A stretch of DNA of 64,000 nucleotides, taken from NCBI GenBank assembly GCA_948472955.1, contig CAOKVW010000001.1, forward strand, positions 40,226-104,225, in the 5' to 3' direction. The DNA comes from an uncultured Clostridium sp. Its GTDB lineage: Bacteria; Bacillota; Clostridia; TANB77; CAG-508. The translations under genes were made by a program, and so were the position numbers. Below, in pieces: positions 41,176 to 50,221 of this stretch. Below the pieces are notes generated by a model. It saw only the letters and a list, made by a program, of their open reading frames with translations. It did no database searches and had not been told where the DNA came from. Position 1 is the first letter of the stretch. Every line of letters starts with the position of its first letter.

Positions 41176-42279
41176 ATGAGTGTAGAAACAGATTTAAAAA
41201 AGGATGGAATTCAAGTAATCGAAACCCTACCCACTTTAAAAATCAATTCCATTGCACGAAACATATCACAAAAAATTTGTGATACTTTTCCTGATTATGG
41301 TTTTAATCAAAATGAATTATTTATTCGATTATCTAGGCTAAATATGTATAAAGCAAAAATGCCAGAGGGAATGGCAGAAGCAAATTATTTTTACAAAAAT
41401 ACTTCTATTTATTTCAATGACCATATTGCAGATGAAGATTTAGAAGAATTTGCCATCCATGAATGTATTCATTATATTCAAGAAATAAAAGATAAACGAA
41501 ATTATTTAATAAGAATGGGACTTTGCGATTATACCGAATTTAAAATATATGGTTTAGGCTTAAACGAAGCTGCTGTTCAATTAATTTCATCTAAAATGAA
41601 TGCCATTCCAAAAGAATATGTAAAATATTTTGGTATTAGCTTTGAAACAACAAGTCCTTCTTATTATCCTTTAGAGTGTTGTTTAGTCAATCAATTAGCT
41701 TATATTACTGGAGAAAATGTTTTATTTGAAAGCACCCTAAAAAGTAATGATAATTTTAAAAAATCCTTTTCTGAACTAACTTCTCCAAAAACATTTATGG
41801 CAATTCAAAATGCCATTGATGATATTCTTTATCATGAAGAGGATATTATTAAACTAAATAACAAAATTGCTCAAATTAACGATAGAAACAAAAGAGTCGA
41901 TGGCATGATTAAAAAGATTGACGAATTAAAAAATGAAATAACTCTAATTTTTATGCGAACTCAAAATCTTATCATCTCTAGTTACTTTGATGCCGCTTTT
42001 GATAAAATTGTAGATTTAGAAGGTGTGGAGAAATATAGACAAAAACTATATAATTTTAGAGATGTTATTGGTTTTACAGAAGGATATAATTTTTTCAATG
42101 ATTACTATGTTTCAAAAATGGAAGAGTTAGAACATAAATATAACTTATTAGAAAATGGACAATTTGAAACTGCTCTTAAATTGATTACCAAAAAAGAACA
42201 TATCTTCATTCGTGTTATCAAAACATTAAAAAAACTTATCTTTGGAACATCTAGTCAAAAAGAAAATGTCCCATATTAG
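41176..42279 (+). CDS. Hypothetical protein with an HExxH motif (ImmA/IrrE-like metallopeptidase candidate)
   Basis: 'AIHECIHYIQE' HEXXH. No recognizable partner regulator nearby. Confidence 0.45.
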   Translation: MSVETDLKKDGIQVIETLPTLKINSIARNISQKICDTFPDYGFNQNELFIRLSRLNMYKAKMPEGMAEANYFYKNTSIYFNDHIADEDLEEFAIHECIHYIQEIKDKRNYLIRMGLCDYTEFKIYGLGLNEAAVQLISSKMNAIPKEYVKYFGISFETTSPSYYPLECCLVNQLAYITGENVLFESTLKSNDNFKKSFSELTSPKTFMAIQNAIDDILYHEEDIIKLNNKIAQINDRNKRVDGMIKKIDELKNEITLIFMRTQNLIISSYFDAAFDKIVDLEGVEKYRQKLYNFRDVIGFTEGYNFFNDYYVSKMEELEHKYNLLENGQFETALKLITKKEHIFIRVIKTLKKLIFGTSSQKENVPY

Positions 42280-42379
42280 AAATGTAAAAATAATGAATTA
42301 AGAAATTCTAAATCAATTTTATGTTTTTCTCATAAACTTGATAAGATTTCTGATTCATTATTTTTTATTTGAATTCCTA

Positions 42380-43639
42380 TTAAATTTGTTCACTTATGTT
42401 TTTTGCCGCTTCTCTCCCAGAATGTGCTGCCCATGCTACCGTTGCTTTTATCCCTGCTAAATCACCACCAGCATATATTTTAGGGTTAGAAGTTTGGTAG
42501 TTTTCATTAATTTCAAGATTTCCCCATTGATTCGTTTGTAAACCTAATTCCTTTACATATGGTTCTACTTGAGAACCAAGTGCCATTACCATATAATCCA
42601 TCTTTATGGTATAATTGCTACCCTCTAGGTTAACTGGTACCAATCTAGTGTCATTTTCTTTTTGCACTAATTCCGTTTTAATTAATTCCACTTCTTCTAC
42701 TTTATTTTTTCCCTTAATTTTTACAATATTATTTTGGAATAGAAACTCAATTCCCTCTTGCATAGCCTCTTCCACTTCTTTGTCCTCTGCTGGCATTTGT
42801 TCTCTCGCTCTTCGATAAATCACCTTTACCTCTTTTGCCCCTAATCTTTTAATTGTTCTGGCACAATCCATTGCTACATTTCCACCACCAACTACAGCTA
42901 CTGTCTTGCCTTTGTAATCTGGGTGTAGCTTGTATTCTAAAAGTTCATTTCCGCCAAATACGCCTTCTAAATCTTCTCCTTCTACTCCCATCTTAGAAGA
43001 TTGATTCGCGCCAAAACTTAAAAAAATGGCATCGTATTGGTTTTCCAAATCTTTTAGGAAAAGATTTTTTCCAAGTTCTTGATGATATTTAACTTGGATT
43101 CCTAATTGCAAAATTTTCTTGATAGATTTTTGAACAATTTCCTTTGGCAATCGAAACTCAGGAATGCCATGTACTAATAATCCACCTAAATAATCATATT
43201 TTTCATATATGGTTACTTGTATTCCTTTCTTTGCCAAAAAAGCACTAGCCGTCAGTCCTGCTGGTCCTCCTCCTATCACTGCTACCTTTTTATTAGTTTT
43301 ATTTTGGTTTATCTCCTTCTGATAACAATTTAGCAAACTATTCTCCTCATCTACTATCGTATCAAAAATGAATGCTTCTAAATCTCCTATTGAAACTGCC
43401 TCTCCCTTAATACCTCTTACACAAGAACCTTGACATTGCTTTTGATGGGGACAAATTCTTCCACAAATACCTGGTAATACTGTGGTCTCTGATAATATCT
43501 CATATGCTTTTTTATAATTACCTTGCTTAATTTGTTCAATAAATTGAGGAATATGATTTCCTAAAGGACAACCCTTTATAGAACATGGCTTGGCTTTACA
43601 ATTTAAACAGTAATTAGATTTTTCGTTTATTTCTTCCAT
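42380..43639 (-). CDS. NADPH-dependent glutamate synthase small-subunit-like FAD/NAD(P) oxidoreductase (GltD/SudA family)
   Basis: N-terminal Cys cluster 'CLNCKAKPCSIKGCP...CGRICPHQKQCQGSC'. 'VAVIGGGPAGL' and 'VAVVGGGNVAMD' Rossmann motifs. Confidence 0.85.
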   Translation of the reverse strand: MEEINEKSNYCLNCKAKPCSIKGCPLGNHIPQFIEQIKQGNYKKAYEILSETTVLPGICGRICPHQKQCQGSCVRGIKGEAVSIGDLEAFIFDTIVDEENSLLNCYQKEINQNKTNKKVAVIGGGPAGLTASAFLAKKGIQVTIYEKYDYLGGLLVHGIPEFRLPKEIVQKSIKKILQLGIQVKYHQELGKNLFLKDLENQYDAIFLSFGANQSSKMGVEGEDLEGVFGGNELLEYKLHPDYKGKTVAVVGGGNVAMDCARTIKRLGAKEVKVIYRRAREQMPAEDKEVEEAMQEGIEFLFQNNIVKIKGKNKVEEVELIKTELVQKENDTRLVPVNLEGSNYTIKMDYMVMALGSQVEPYVKELGLQTNQWGNLEINENYQTSNPKIYAGGDLAGIKATVAWAAHSGREAAKNISEQI

Positions 43640-43744
43640 TTTTATTACATTCCTTCCAAATTCATATCAATTTAGTTTGTTGTTCTCTGTATTTTATTAT
43701 AGATATTACTGTCTGTCAATTTATTTGACCCTTTTGTACAATAA

Positions 43745-44292
43745 CTAACACTTATCTAAGACCAATTTCAAATCATGAATAAAATCAATCTTTTTTGTAT
43801 CATCGCGAAGCAAGGCAGCTGGATGCCAAGTTGGCATATAATAAATCCCCTTCTTTCCAATCCACTTGCCTCGAGAAGCTGTTATTCCATACTCTTTCCC
43901 TAAAATATTTTTAAGAGCTACACTTCCGAAGTAACACAATAATTTCTGGTTGTACCAAAATAACTTGATTTCGCAAATAATTCATACAAGCAAAAGCCTC
44001 ATCTTCTTCTGGATTACGATTAGCTGGTGGTCTACATTTTACAATATTAGCAATATACACATCATCTCTTTTGATACCAACTGTTTGAAAAGCCATATCC
44101 ATTAATTTACCAGCTCTTCCTACAAAAGGTTCTCCGAAGTCTATCCTCATCTGCACCAGGTCCTTCTCCAATAAACATAATTTTTGCCTTCTTATTTCCT
44201 ACGCCAAAAACAATATTCTGCCTTGTCTTACACAACTTACACTTATTACAATCAACAATTGCCTCTTCTAATTCTTTCCACGTTTCAAACAT
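43745..44292 (-). pseudogene. Family-4 uracil-DNA glycosylase (UdgA-type) split into three ORFs by two frameshifts
   Basis: 'CNKCKLC' 4Fe-4S motif, 'MFIGEGPGADED', 'PFVGRAGKLMD', 'HPAALLR' across three frames. Confidence 0.8.
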
Positions 44293-44301
44293 TTGGTTAT
44301 T

Positions 44302-44350
44302 TTTGGGACAGGCCCCATCATACCCCTTTTGGCTACTTTTGGGACAGGTC
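44302..44350 (-). repeat. 48-bp repeat, copy B (inverted relative to 31068-31115), ending 10 nt upstream of the udg start
   Basis: Reverse complement matches copy A at 47/48. Confidence 0.7.
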
Positions 44351-44367
44351 TCTCCTCCTTTTCTTTT

Positions 44368-45285
44368 TTATTTTACACATTGTTCTATTAATTTTATTTT
44401 TTTACTTTGGTTTGTATCTATTCTTGCTTTTGTTCCAATTGGGATAACGGTTTTGGTTTCAATATGTCCAAAATTGTTGGATTGGATGATTGGAAATGCA
44501 TAGTCTCCTGTTAATGTGTCTAATACGATTTGCTCTAATGTGATGTTACTTTCATGTTGGTAATTTCCAAGCCAGATTCCTTTTATTTGGTCAAAAACTC
44601 CATTTTGTTTCATATGTGCTAAAGCATGACTTACCATAGCAGGATTTGCTTCCAATCCAAGTTCTTCTATGAATAATATTTTATCTTTGAAATCAACTTG
44701 ATATTTACCACTTACTAGACTATGTATTAAAGTAAGATTTCCTCCTATTAATTTTCCTTCTGCTTGTCCTTTTTGAATCGTCACATATTCTTCGTTTTCT
44801 TTTCCTAGCTCTAAATTTCCTTCTACAAATCTTTTTATGGCTTCTTGATAACTATAATCTGTCTCATCTGTTGCAATGGTTTTAAAGTTAGTTCCACTAA
44901 AGGTAATTAAATCTGTTTTTGCATGAATGATATTAGTAAGGGAGGTGATGTCACTATAACCACATAAAATTTTAGGATTTTGCTTGATTAATTCATAATC
45001 TAAAAATTCAAATACCGTGTTGGAATTATTTCCTCCTTTTGCACACCATATCATTTTTACCTCTTCGTCTCGAAACATATCGTTGATATCTTCTGCCTTT
45101 TCTTTTGCTGTACTACTATACCCATTTGTATGAGCATAAATATTGTTAGAAAATTTCACTTGAAAGCCACTTTTTTCTACTATTTGCTTAGCTCTATCTA
45201 ACTCTTCTATATTATCTCCTATAATTGGATTCGATGGTGCTACCACTCCAATGGTATCTCCTCGTTTTAATCTGTTTGGAATCAT
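44368..45285 (-). CDS. LD-carboxypeptidase (peptidase S66, LdcA/MccF-like)
   Basis: 'GDTIGVVAPSNPI', 'GYSDITSL' catalytic Ser region. Confidence 0.85.
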   Translation of the reverse strand: MIPNRLKRGDTIGVVAPSNPIIGDNIEELDRAKQIVEKSGFQVKFSNNIYAHTNGYSSTAKEKAEDINDMFRDEEVKMIWCAKGGNNSNTVFEFLDYELIKQNPKILCGYSDITSLTNIIHAKTDLITFSGTNFKTIATDETDYSYQEAIKRFVEGNLELGKENEEYVTIQKGQAEGKLIGGNLTLIHSLVSGKYQVDFKDKILFIEELGLEANPAMVSHALAHMKQNGVFDQIKGIWLGNYQHESNITLEQIVLDTLTGDYAFPIIQSNNFGHIETKTVIPIGTKARIDTNQSKKIKLIEQCVK

Positions 45286-45291
45286 TTTTAT

Positions 45292-46584
45292 TTACCCTCC
45301 TCGTTGTTCATCATATTTTGTTTCTTCTTTCGAATATTCTTCTGGTTTTAGTCCTACACGACTACTCATATATCTTTCTGTTAGTATAAAAGCTATCGTA
45401 AAAATAACACCAATAATTATCATACAATAAGCTGTTGTCATTTTATCTAATAGGAAGGAAGCAAATAATCCTCCTATTACTCTTATTATACTACGAAATA
45501 AATTATTAGCAGCAAATATTTTAGTATCTATCTCTTTGTTGGTAAAATTTCTTAAATATTTATCAATAATTGTATAATACATTCCATTTCCAAAATAAAA
45601 AATTAAATTGGTTATAATGATAATTCCTAATAGTAAAATATATTCTTCTGCTTTTAATCCACAGATTCCTGTTATAATTATGCTAATCGATAGCATCAAG
45701 GCAATAGTAATTAAAAATTTATTTTTTAATTTATTATGAAATATTTGTTGCTTTTTAGAAGCACGAGAACTAATATACGTTCCTATGGCAGCTATAATTC
45801 CAATTACTATAGAAGATATATTTAATTCTTCTAACAAACTAATATGGTAGTTGTTTAAAATCGATAATAGAGCATAAATCAATGATGAACAAAGAATTAA
45901 TGCTTTTAGTCTTTCAGATTTTAGAACATAAATAAATCCTTCTTTTACCTCTTTTAATTGTTCACTACCTAACATTTTATTAGCATTCTTCTTTTTTTGA
46001 ATTGGTTCTATAAATCCTATTGATAAAATAGTTACAATAATTAGAACAACCAATGAGCATATTACTGGTAAATAAGTATTTATTGTAAATAGATAACCTG
46101 CTATTACTTTTGATATAGCATCTACTAAATAATACCCCGATGCCCCTTTGGCACTTATTTTGGAATATATATCACTTTTGTATTTGGAAGGAGGTATCGA
46201 TGCATTTAATAAACTTGGTTCAGCAATATTTTTGATAGAAAATGCTATTGCTGATATAAATTCTGCAAATATTAAATCAAATAAATTTCGACTTAGCATT
46301 ATAATTAGCATATAAAAGCAGTTTAAAACATTTCCTAAAATAATACTATTCTTTCTTCCTAAAAACTCTACCATGATATTAGCTGGAATTTGCATAATAA
46401 TACTAAAAAAGGCATAAAATGTGCTTTTTAATACAACATCTGCTCCACTAATTCCTTTTACTTGTGTTAAAAACAAAAATTCAACCACATAATAGAACAA
46501 GTAATCCCATGCCAATTTTTTATAAATTGGAAAGATTCTCATATTTATTTTTCTCATTTTCTGCGTTTCTTCTTTGGTACTCAT
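45292..46584 (-). CDS. MFS transporter, tandem paralog 1 (about 90% nt identity to paralog 2)
   Basis: 12 TM, 'EFLGRKNSIILGN' MFS motif A, conserved 'RVGLKPEEYSKEETKYD' tail. Confidence 0.8.
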   Translation of the reverse strand: MSTKEETQKMRKINMRIFPIYKKLAWDYLFYYVVEFLFLTQVKGISGADVVLKSTFYAFFSIIMQIPANIMVEFLGRKNSIILGNVLNCFYMLIIMLSRNLFDLIFAEFISAIAFSIKNIAEPSLLNASIPPSKYKSDIYSKISAKGASGYYLVDAISKVIAGYLFTINTYLPVICSLVVLIIVTILSIGFIEPIQKKKNANKMLGSEQLKEVKEGFIYVLKSERLKALILCSSLIYALLSILNNYHISLLEELNISSIVIGIIAAIGTYISSRASKKQQIFHNKLKNKFLITIALMLSISIIITGICGLKAEEYILLLGIIIITNLIFYFGNGMYYTIIDKYLRNFTNKEIDTKIFAANNLFRSIIRVIGGLFASFLLDKMTTAYCMIIIGVIFTIAFILTERYMSSRVGLKPEEYSKEETKYDEQRGG

Positions 46585-47879
46585 TACACAACTCCTTGTT
46601 CATCATATTTTGTTTCTTCTTTTGAATATTCTTCTGGCTTTAGCCCTACACGGCTACTCATATATCTTTCTGTTAATATAAAAGCTATCATAAAAATAAT
46701 ACCAATAATTATCATACAATAAGCTGTCGTCATTTTATCTAATAGGAAGGAAGCAAATAATCCTCCTATTACTCTAATTATATTACAAAATAAATTTTTA
46801 GTAGCAAATATTTTAGTATCTATTTGTTTATTCGTAAAATTTCTTAAATACTTATCAATAATCGTATAATACATTCCATTTCCAAAATTATAAATTAAAT
46901 TGGTTATAATAATAATTCCTAATAATAAAAAATATTTTTCTGCTTTCAAGCCACAAATTCCTGCTATAACAGTACTAATTGATAAAATCATAGCGATGGT
47001 AATTAAAGATTTATTTCTCAATTTATTGTGAAATACCTCTTGCTTCTTAGAAGCATAAGAACTAATATAGCTTCCTATAGCAGCTATGATTCCAATTACT
47101 ACAGAAGATACTTTTAATTCTTCTAATAGACTAATATGATAGCTGTCTAAAATTGTTAATAGAGAAACAATTAATCCTGCACATAATATCAACGCTTTTA
47201 ATCTTTCTGATTTCAAAACATAAATAAATCCCTCTTTCACGTTTTTTAGTTGTTCATTTCCTAATATTTTAGTAACATTTTTCCTCTTTTTTTCAATTGG
47301 TTCGATAAATCCCATTGATAAAATGGCTACAACAATTAAGGTAAATAATGAACATATAAGTGGCAAATATCCATTTATCGTATATAAAAAACCTGCTATT
47401 ATCTTAGATATGGCATTAAATAAATAATATCCCGATGCTCCCTTTGCACTTATTTTGGAATATATCTTACTTTTGTATTTAGAAGGTGGTATGGATTCAT
47501 TTAGTAAACTTGGCTCAGCCATGTTTTTGATAGAAAATGCTATAGCACATATAAATTCTGCAAAAACTAAATCAAATAAGTTTCGACTTAGCATTATAAT
47601 TATCATATAAAAGCAGTTTAAAACATTTCCTAAAATAATACTATTTTTTCTTCCTAAAAACTCTACAATGATATTAGCTGGAATTTGCAGAATAATACTA
47701 AAAAAAGCATAAAAAGTCTCTTTCAATACAAAATTTGCTGCACTAATTCCTTTAATTTGTGTTAAAAATAGGAATTCGATGGTATAAAAGAATAGATAAT
47801 CCCATGCCAATTTTTTATAAATTGGAAAAATTCTCATATTCACTTTTCGCATTTTTTGTGTTTCTTCTTTGGTACTCAT
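46584..47879 (-). CDS. MFS transporter, tandem paralog 2. Its stop overlaps the paralog 1 start (TAATG).
   Basis: Same architecture. The duplicated unit includes the RBS 'caaggagttgtgtaATG'. Confidence 0.8.
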   Translation of the reverse strand: MSTKEETQKMRKVNMRIFPIYKKLAWDYLFFYTIEFLFLTQIKGISAANFVLKETFYAFFSIILQIPANIIVEFLGRKNSIILGNVLNCFYMIIIMLSRNLFDLVFAEFICAIAFSIKNMAEPSLLNESIPPSKYKSKIYSKISAKGASGYYLFNAISKIIAGFLYTINGYLPLICSLFTLIVVAILSMGFIEPIEKKRKNVTKILGNEQLKNVKEGFIYVLKSERLKALILCAGLIVSLLTILDSYHISLLEELKVSSVVIGIIAAIGSYISSYASKKQEVFHNKLRNKSLITIAMILSISTVIAGICGLKAEKYFLLLGIIIITNLIYNFGNGMYYTIIDKYLRNFTNKQIDTKIFATKNLFCNIIRVIGGLFASFLLDKMTTAYCMIIIGIIFMIAFILTERYMSSRVGLKPEEYSKEETKYDEQGVV

Positions 47880-47895
47880 TACACAACTCCTTGTC

Positions 47896-48735
47896 TCATT
47901 TTAATTCAATTAATGCAGTATTTAGTCCATAATCTTGTTTCTCCACTCGATAGGAATGGATTAAATCTGAATGACAGACACTACAAATTTTGCTATCTAT
48001 GATATTTTCTCGCTTTAGTCCTTCCTTTTGCAAAATCTCTTGATTGATTTTTATCGTATCGATATTCCATTTCTGATTAGCCACTGTTTCTTCTATTATC
48101 TCATCTATGTTTTCCAAATCTTGAAATTCTTTTTCAAAGCTTTCTTTTACCTCTTTTTCCACTTCAAAATGGCACTTTCGAATGCTTGGACAAATACAAC
48201 ATAGAATATCTTCTGGATTACAATTCCATTCCGTTTTCATCTTTTTTATGGTTTCTACAGAAATTCTTTGCAGGGTTCCTCTCCAACCCGAGTGTGTATT
48301 GGCTATTACCTTTTTTATTGGGTCAAAAAACAGTAACAAAATACAATCTGCATTTGTGGTTGCTAACAGAATGTTTTTTTGATTGGTAATCAATCCATCT
48401 GTTTTATCATATTGTGGTAAGTTAAAATCTGGGTCATTCTTATTTATTTTTTCTTTTACTACTTTGACTCGGTTGGTATGTTCTTGATTGGTTTTTACCA
48501 AATGTTCAGGCTTAGCATTTATTGCTTGACAAAGATTTTTGTAATCTTGCATTGCTTTCTGGTAATCACTTTCTGATAATTTCTCTTTATTGGCTCTTGC
48601 CGTTCGATAATTTTTGTCAATTCCTATGCTATAAGCATGATTGACAATATCTTTATAGGCTAAAAGCCTTCTGAATTGTATATATGGCATACCATCTTTT
48701 TCAAAGTATATCACATTTTCATTTGATAAATCCAC
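47896..48735 (-). CDS. Peptidoglycan editing factor PgeF / YfiH (DUF152, laccase-domain) family protein
   Basis: 'NTHSGWRGT' and 'CICPSI..C.FEV' motifs. Confidence 0.8.
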   Translation of the reverse strand: MDLSNENVIYFEKDGMPYIQFRRLLAYKDIVNHAYSIGIDKNYRTARANKEKLSESDYQKAMQDYKNLCQAINAKPEHLVKTNQEHTNRVKVVKEKINKNDPDFNLPQYDKTDGLITNQKNILLATTNADCILLLFFDPIKKVIANTHSGWRGTLQRISVETIKKMKTEWNCNPEDILCCICPSIRKCHFEVEKEVKESFEKEFQDLENIDEIIEETVANQKWNIDTIKINQEILQKEGLKRENIIDSKICSVCHSDLIHSYRVEKQDYGLNTALIELK

Positions 48736-48778
48736 TCGTCATTTTTTCCCCTTTATCATATATTTTACAATCTACTAA

Positions 48779-48921
48779 CCTAAGATTTAATATATTACTT
48801 TTCGACACTGCGTAAGCGACCAAACGAGCATTATGCGAGTGCGATTGGAGCAACCATCCATATTTCAATTAGGAAGGTTGCGACACACAAAGTGTTGAAA
48901 AATAATATATTAAATCTTAGG
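48779..48921 (+). ncRNA. Candidate structured small RNA / structured repeat element, copy 2 (about 140 nt). The function call is uncertain.
   Basis: 31-nt terminal helix with 2 mismatches (one G-U). Same gcgagtgcgattggagcaacc...ggttgcgacacacaa core as copy 1 with a different loop. TTTACA-17-TTAATA upstream. Confidence 0.4.
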
Positions 48922-48931
48922 TTCATAGTAT

Positions 48932-50221
48932 CTAAACGATTTCCTTCATTTTATCATATTTTGTTTCTTCTTTTGAATATTCTTCTGGTTTTAGACCAAC
49001 TCTACTTTTCATAAATTTAGTCACTAATATCATTAACACGGCAAATATAACACCAACCATTATCATACAATAAGCCGTTTCCATTCGGTCCAATAAGAAA
49101 GCTCCTAAGAAACCTACTACTGCACCAGCAATTCCCTTTAAAAAATTATTCGCTGTAAAAATTTTTGTATCAATTTTTTCATTTGTAAAATTACTTAAGT
49201 ACTTTTCTATTAAAGGGTCATACATGGCTGAAAAAATATATTCAACAACATAAAACACAACAATCATACATATAACGATTGGATATTGTTTCGCTATCAC
49301 TCCTGCTATTCCTGCCAAAAGACAAGCTCCTATGATTGAGAAAGCTACAACAGAAAGTGATTTATTTCGTAATTTGTTATGGAATTGTTCTTGCTTTTTA
49401 ATAGCCATTCCTCCCACAATTCTTAGTATAGCAAATAAAATTCCTAAATAGCCAGCAGAAATTTCTAAATCCTCCAGCATACTAATTTCATAATTAGATA
49501 CTATGCCAATTATTCCTTCCACAACAGCTGAATACAATAGGAGACTTTTTATTCTCTCTGATTGTAACACAAATTTGAACGCTTCTCCGATTTCTTTTAG
49601 CTGTCCTACACTTTGTATTTTCTTTTTCTTGGTTTTTTTGATTGGCTCGATAAATAATGTTGCCATAAAAGTTACTATGATTAAAGTTGCTAGTGATAGA
49701 AAAATTGGAATATAGGGATTTACCTCATATAAAACTCCCGCTATCATAGTTGAAATCGCATTAATGATATAATATCTTGACATTCCTTTTTCATTTATTT
49801 TAGCAAAAATTTTACTTTTAAACTTAGTTGGTGGTATGGATTCATTTAATAAGCTTGGTTCGGCACTTTCTTTAATGGCAAAAGAAATTGAACTCAACAT
49901 TTCTGCAACAATTAAATAAAATAAATGATTGCTAAATATAACAACTACCATATATACACAGCTTAAAATATTTCCTAAAATGATACTATTTTTTCTTCCT
50001 AGAAATTCTATGATAAAAGTGGCTGGTATTTGCGAAAACACGGTAAATAGATAATAGAAAGAATCAATTAATACAACATCTGCTGGATTGATATGTTTTA
50101 CTTGGGTCAAAAATAGGAAATTTATCGTATAGAAAAAGATATAATCCCAACTTAATGTTTTATAGGCTGGAAATAGCTTCATATTTCGTTTTCTCATTTG
50201 TACTTTATTTGCTTCTTCCAT
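48932..50221 (-). CDS. MFS transporter, diverged third paralog (about 50% aa identity) with the same C-terminal tail
   Basis: 'EFLGRKNSIILGN', 'RVGLKPEEYSKEETKYD'. Confidence 0.8.
   Translation of the reverse strand: MEEANKVQMRKRNMKLFPAYKTLSWDYIFFYTINFLFLTQVKHINPADVVLIDSFYYLFTVFSQIPATFIIEFLGRKNSIILGNILSCVYMVVVIFSNHLFYLIVAEMLSSISFAIKESAEPSLLNESIPPTKFKSKIFAKINEKGMSRYYIINAISTMIAGVLYEVNPYIPIFLSLATLIIVTFMATLFIEPIKKTKKKKIQSVGQLKEIGEAFKFVLQSERIKSLLLYSAVVEGIIGIVSNYEISMLEDLEISAGYLGILFAILRIVGGMAIKKQEQFHNKLRNKSLSVVAFSIIGACLLAGIAGVIAKQYPIVICMIVVFYVVEYIFSAMYDPLIEKYLSNFTNEKIDTKIFTANNFLKGIAGAVVGFLGAFLLDRMETAYCMIMVGVIFAVLMILVTKFMKSRVGLKPEEYSKEETKYDKMKEIV

Noticed and set aside
31068-44350. The inverted 48-bp repeat pair as prophage or ICE attachment sites
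   Set aside because: The 13-kb interval contains core genes (mfd, leuS, topB, gltD-like) and no integrase, capsid or transfer genes.
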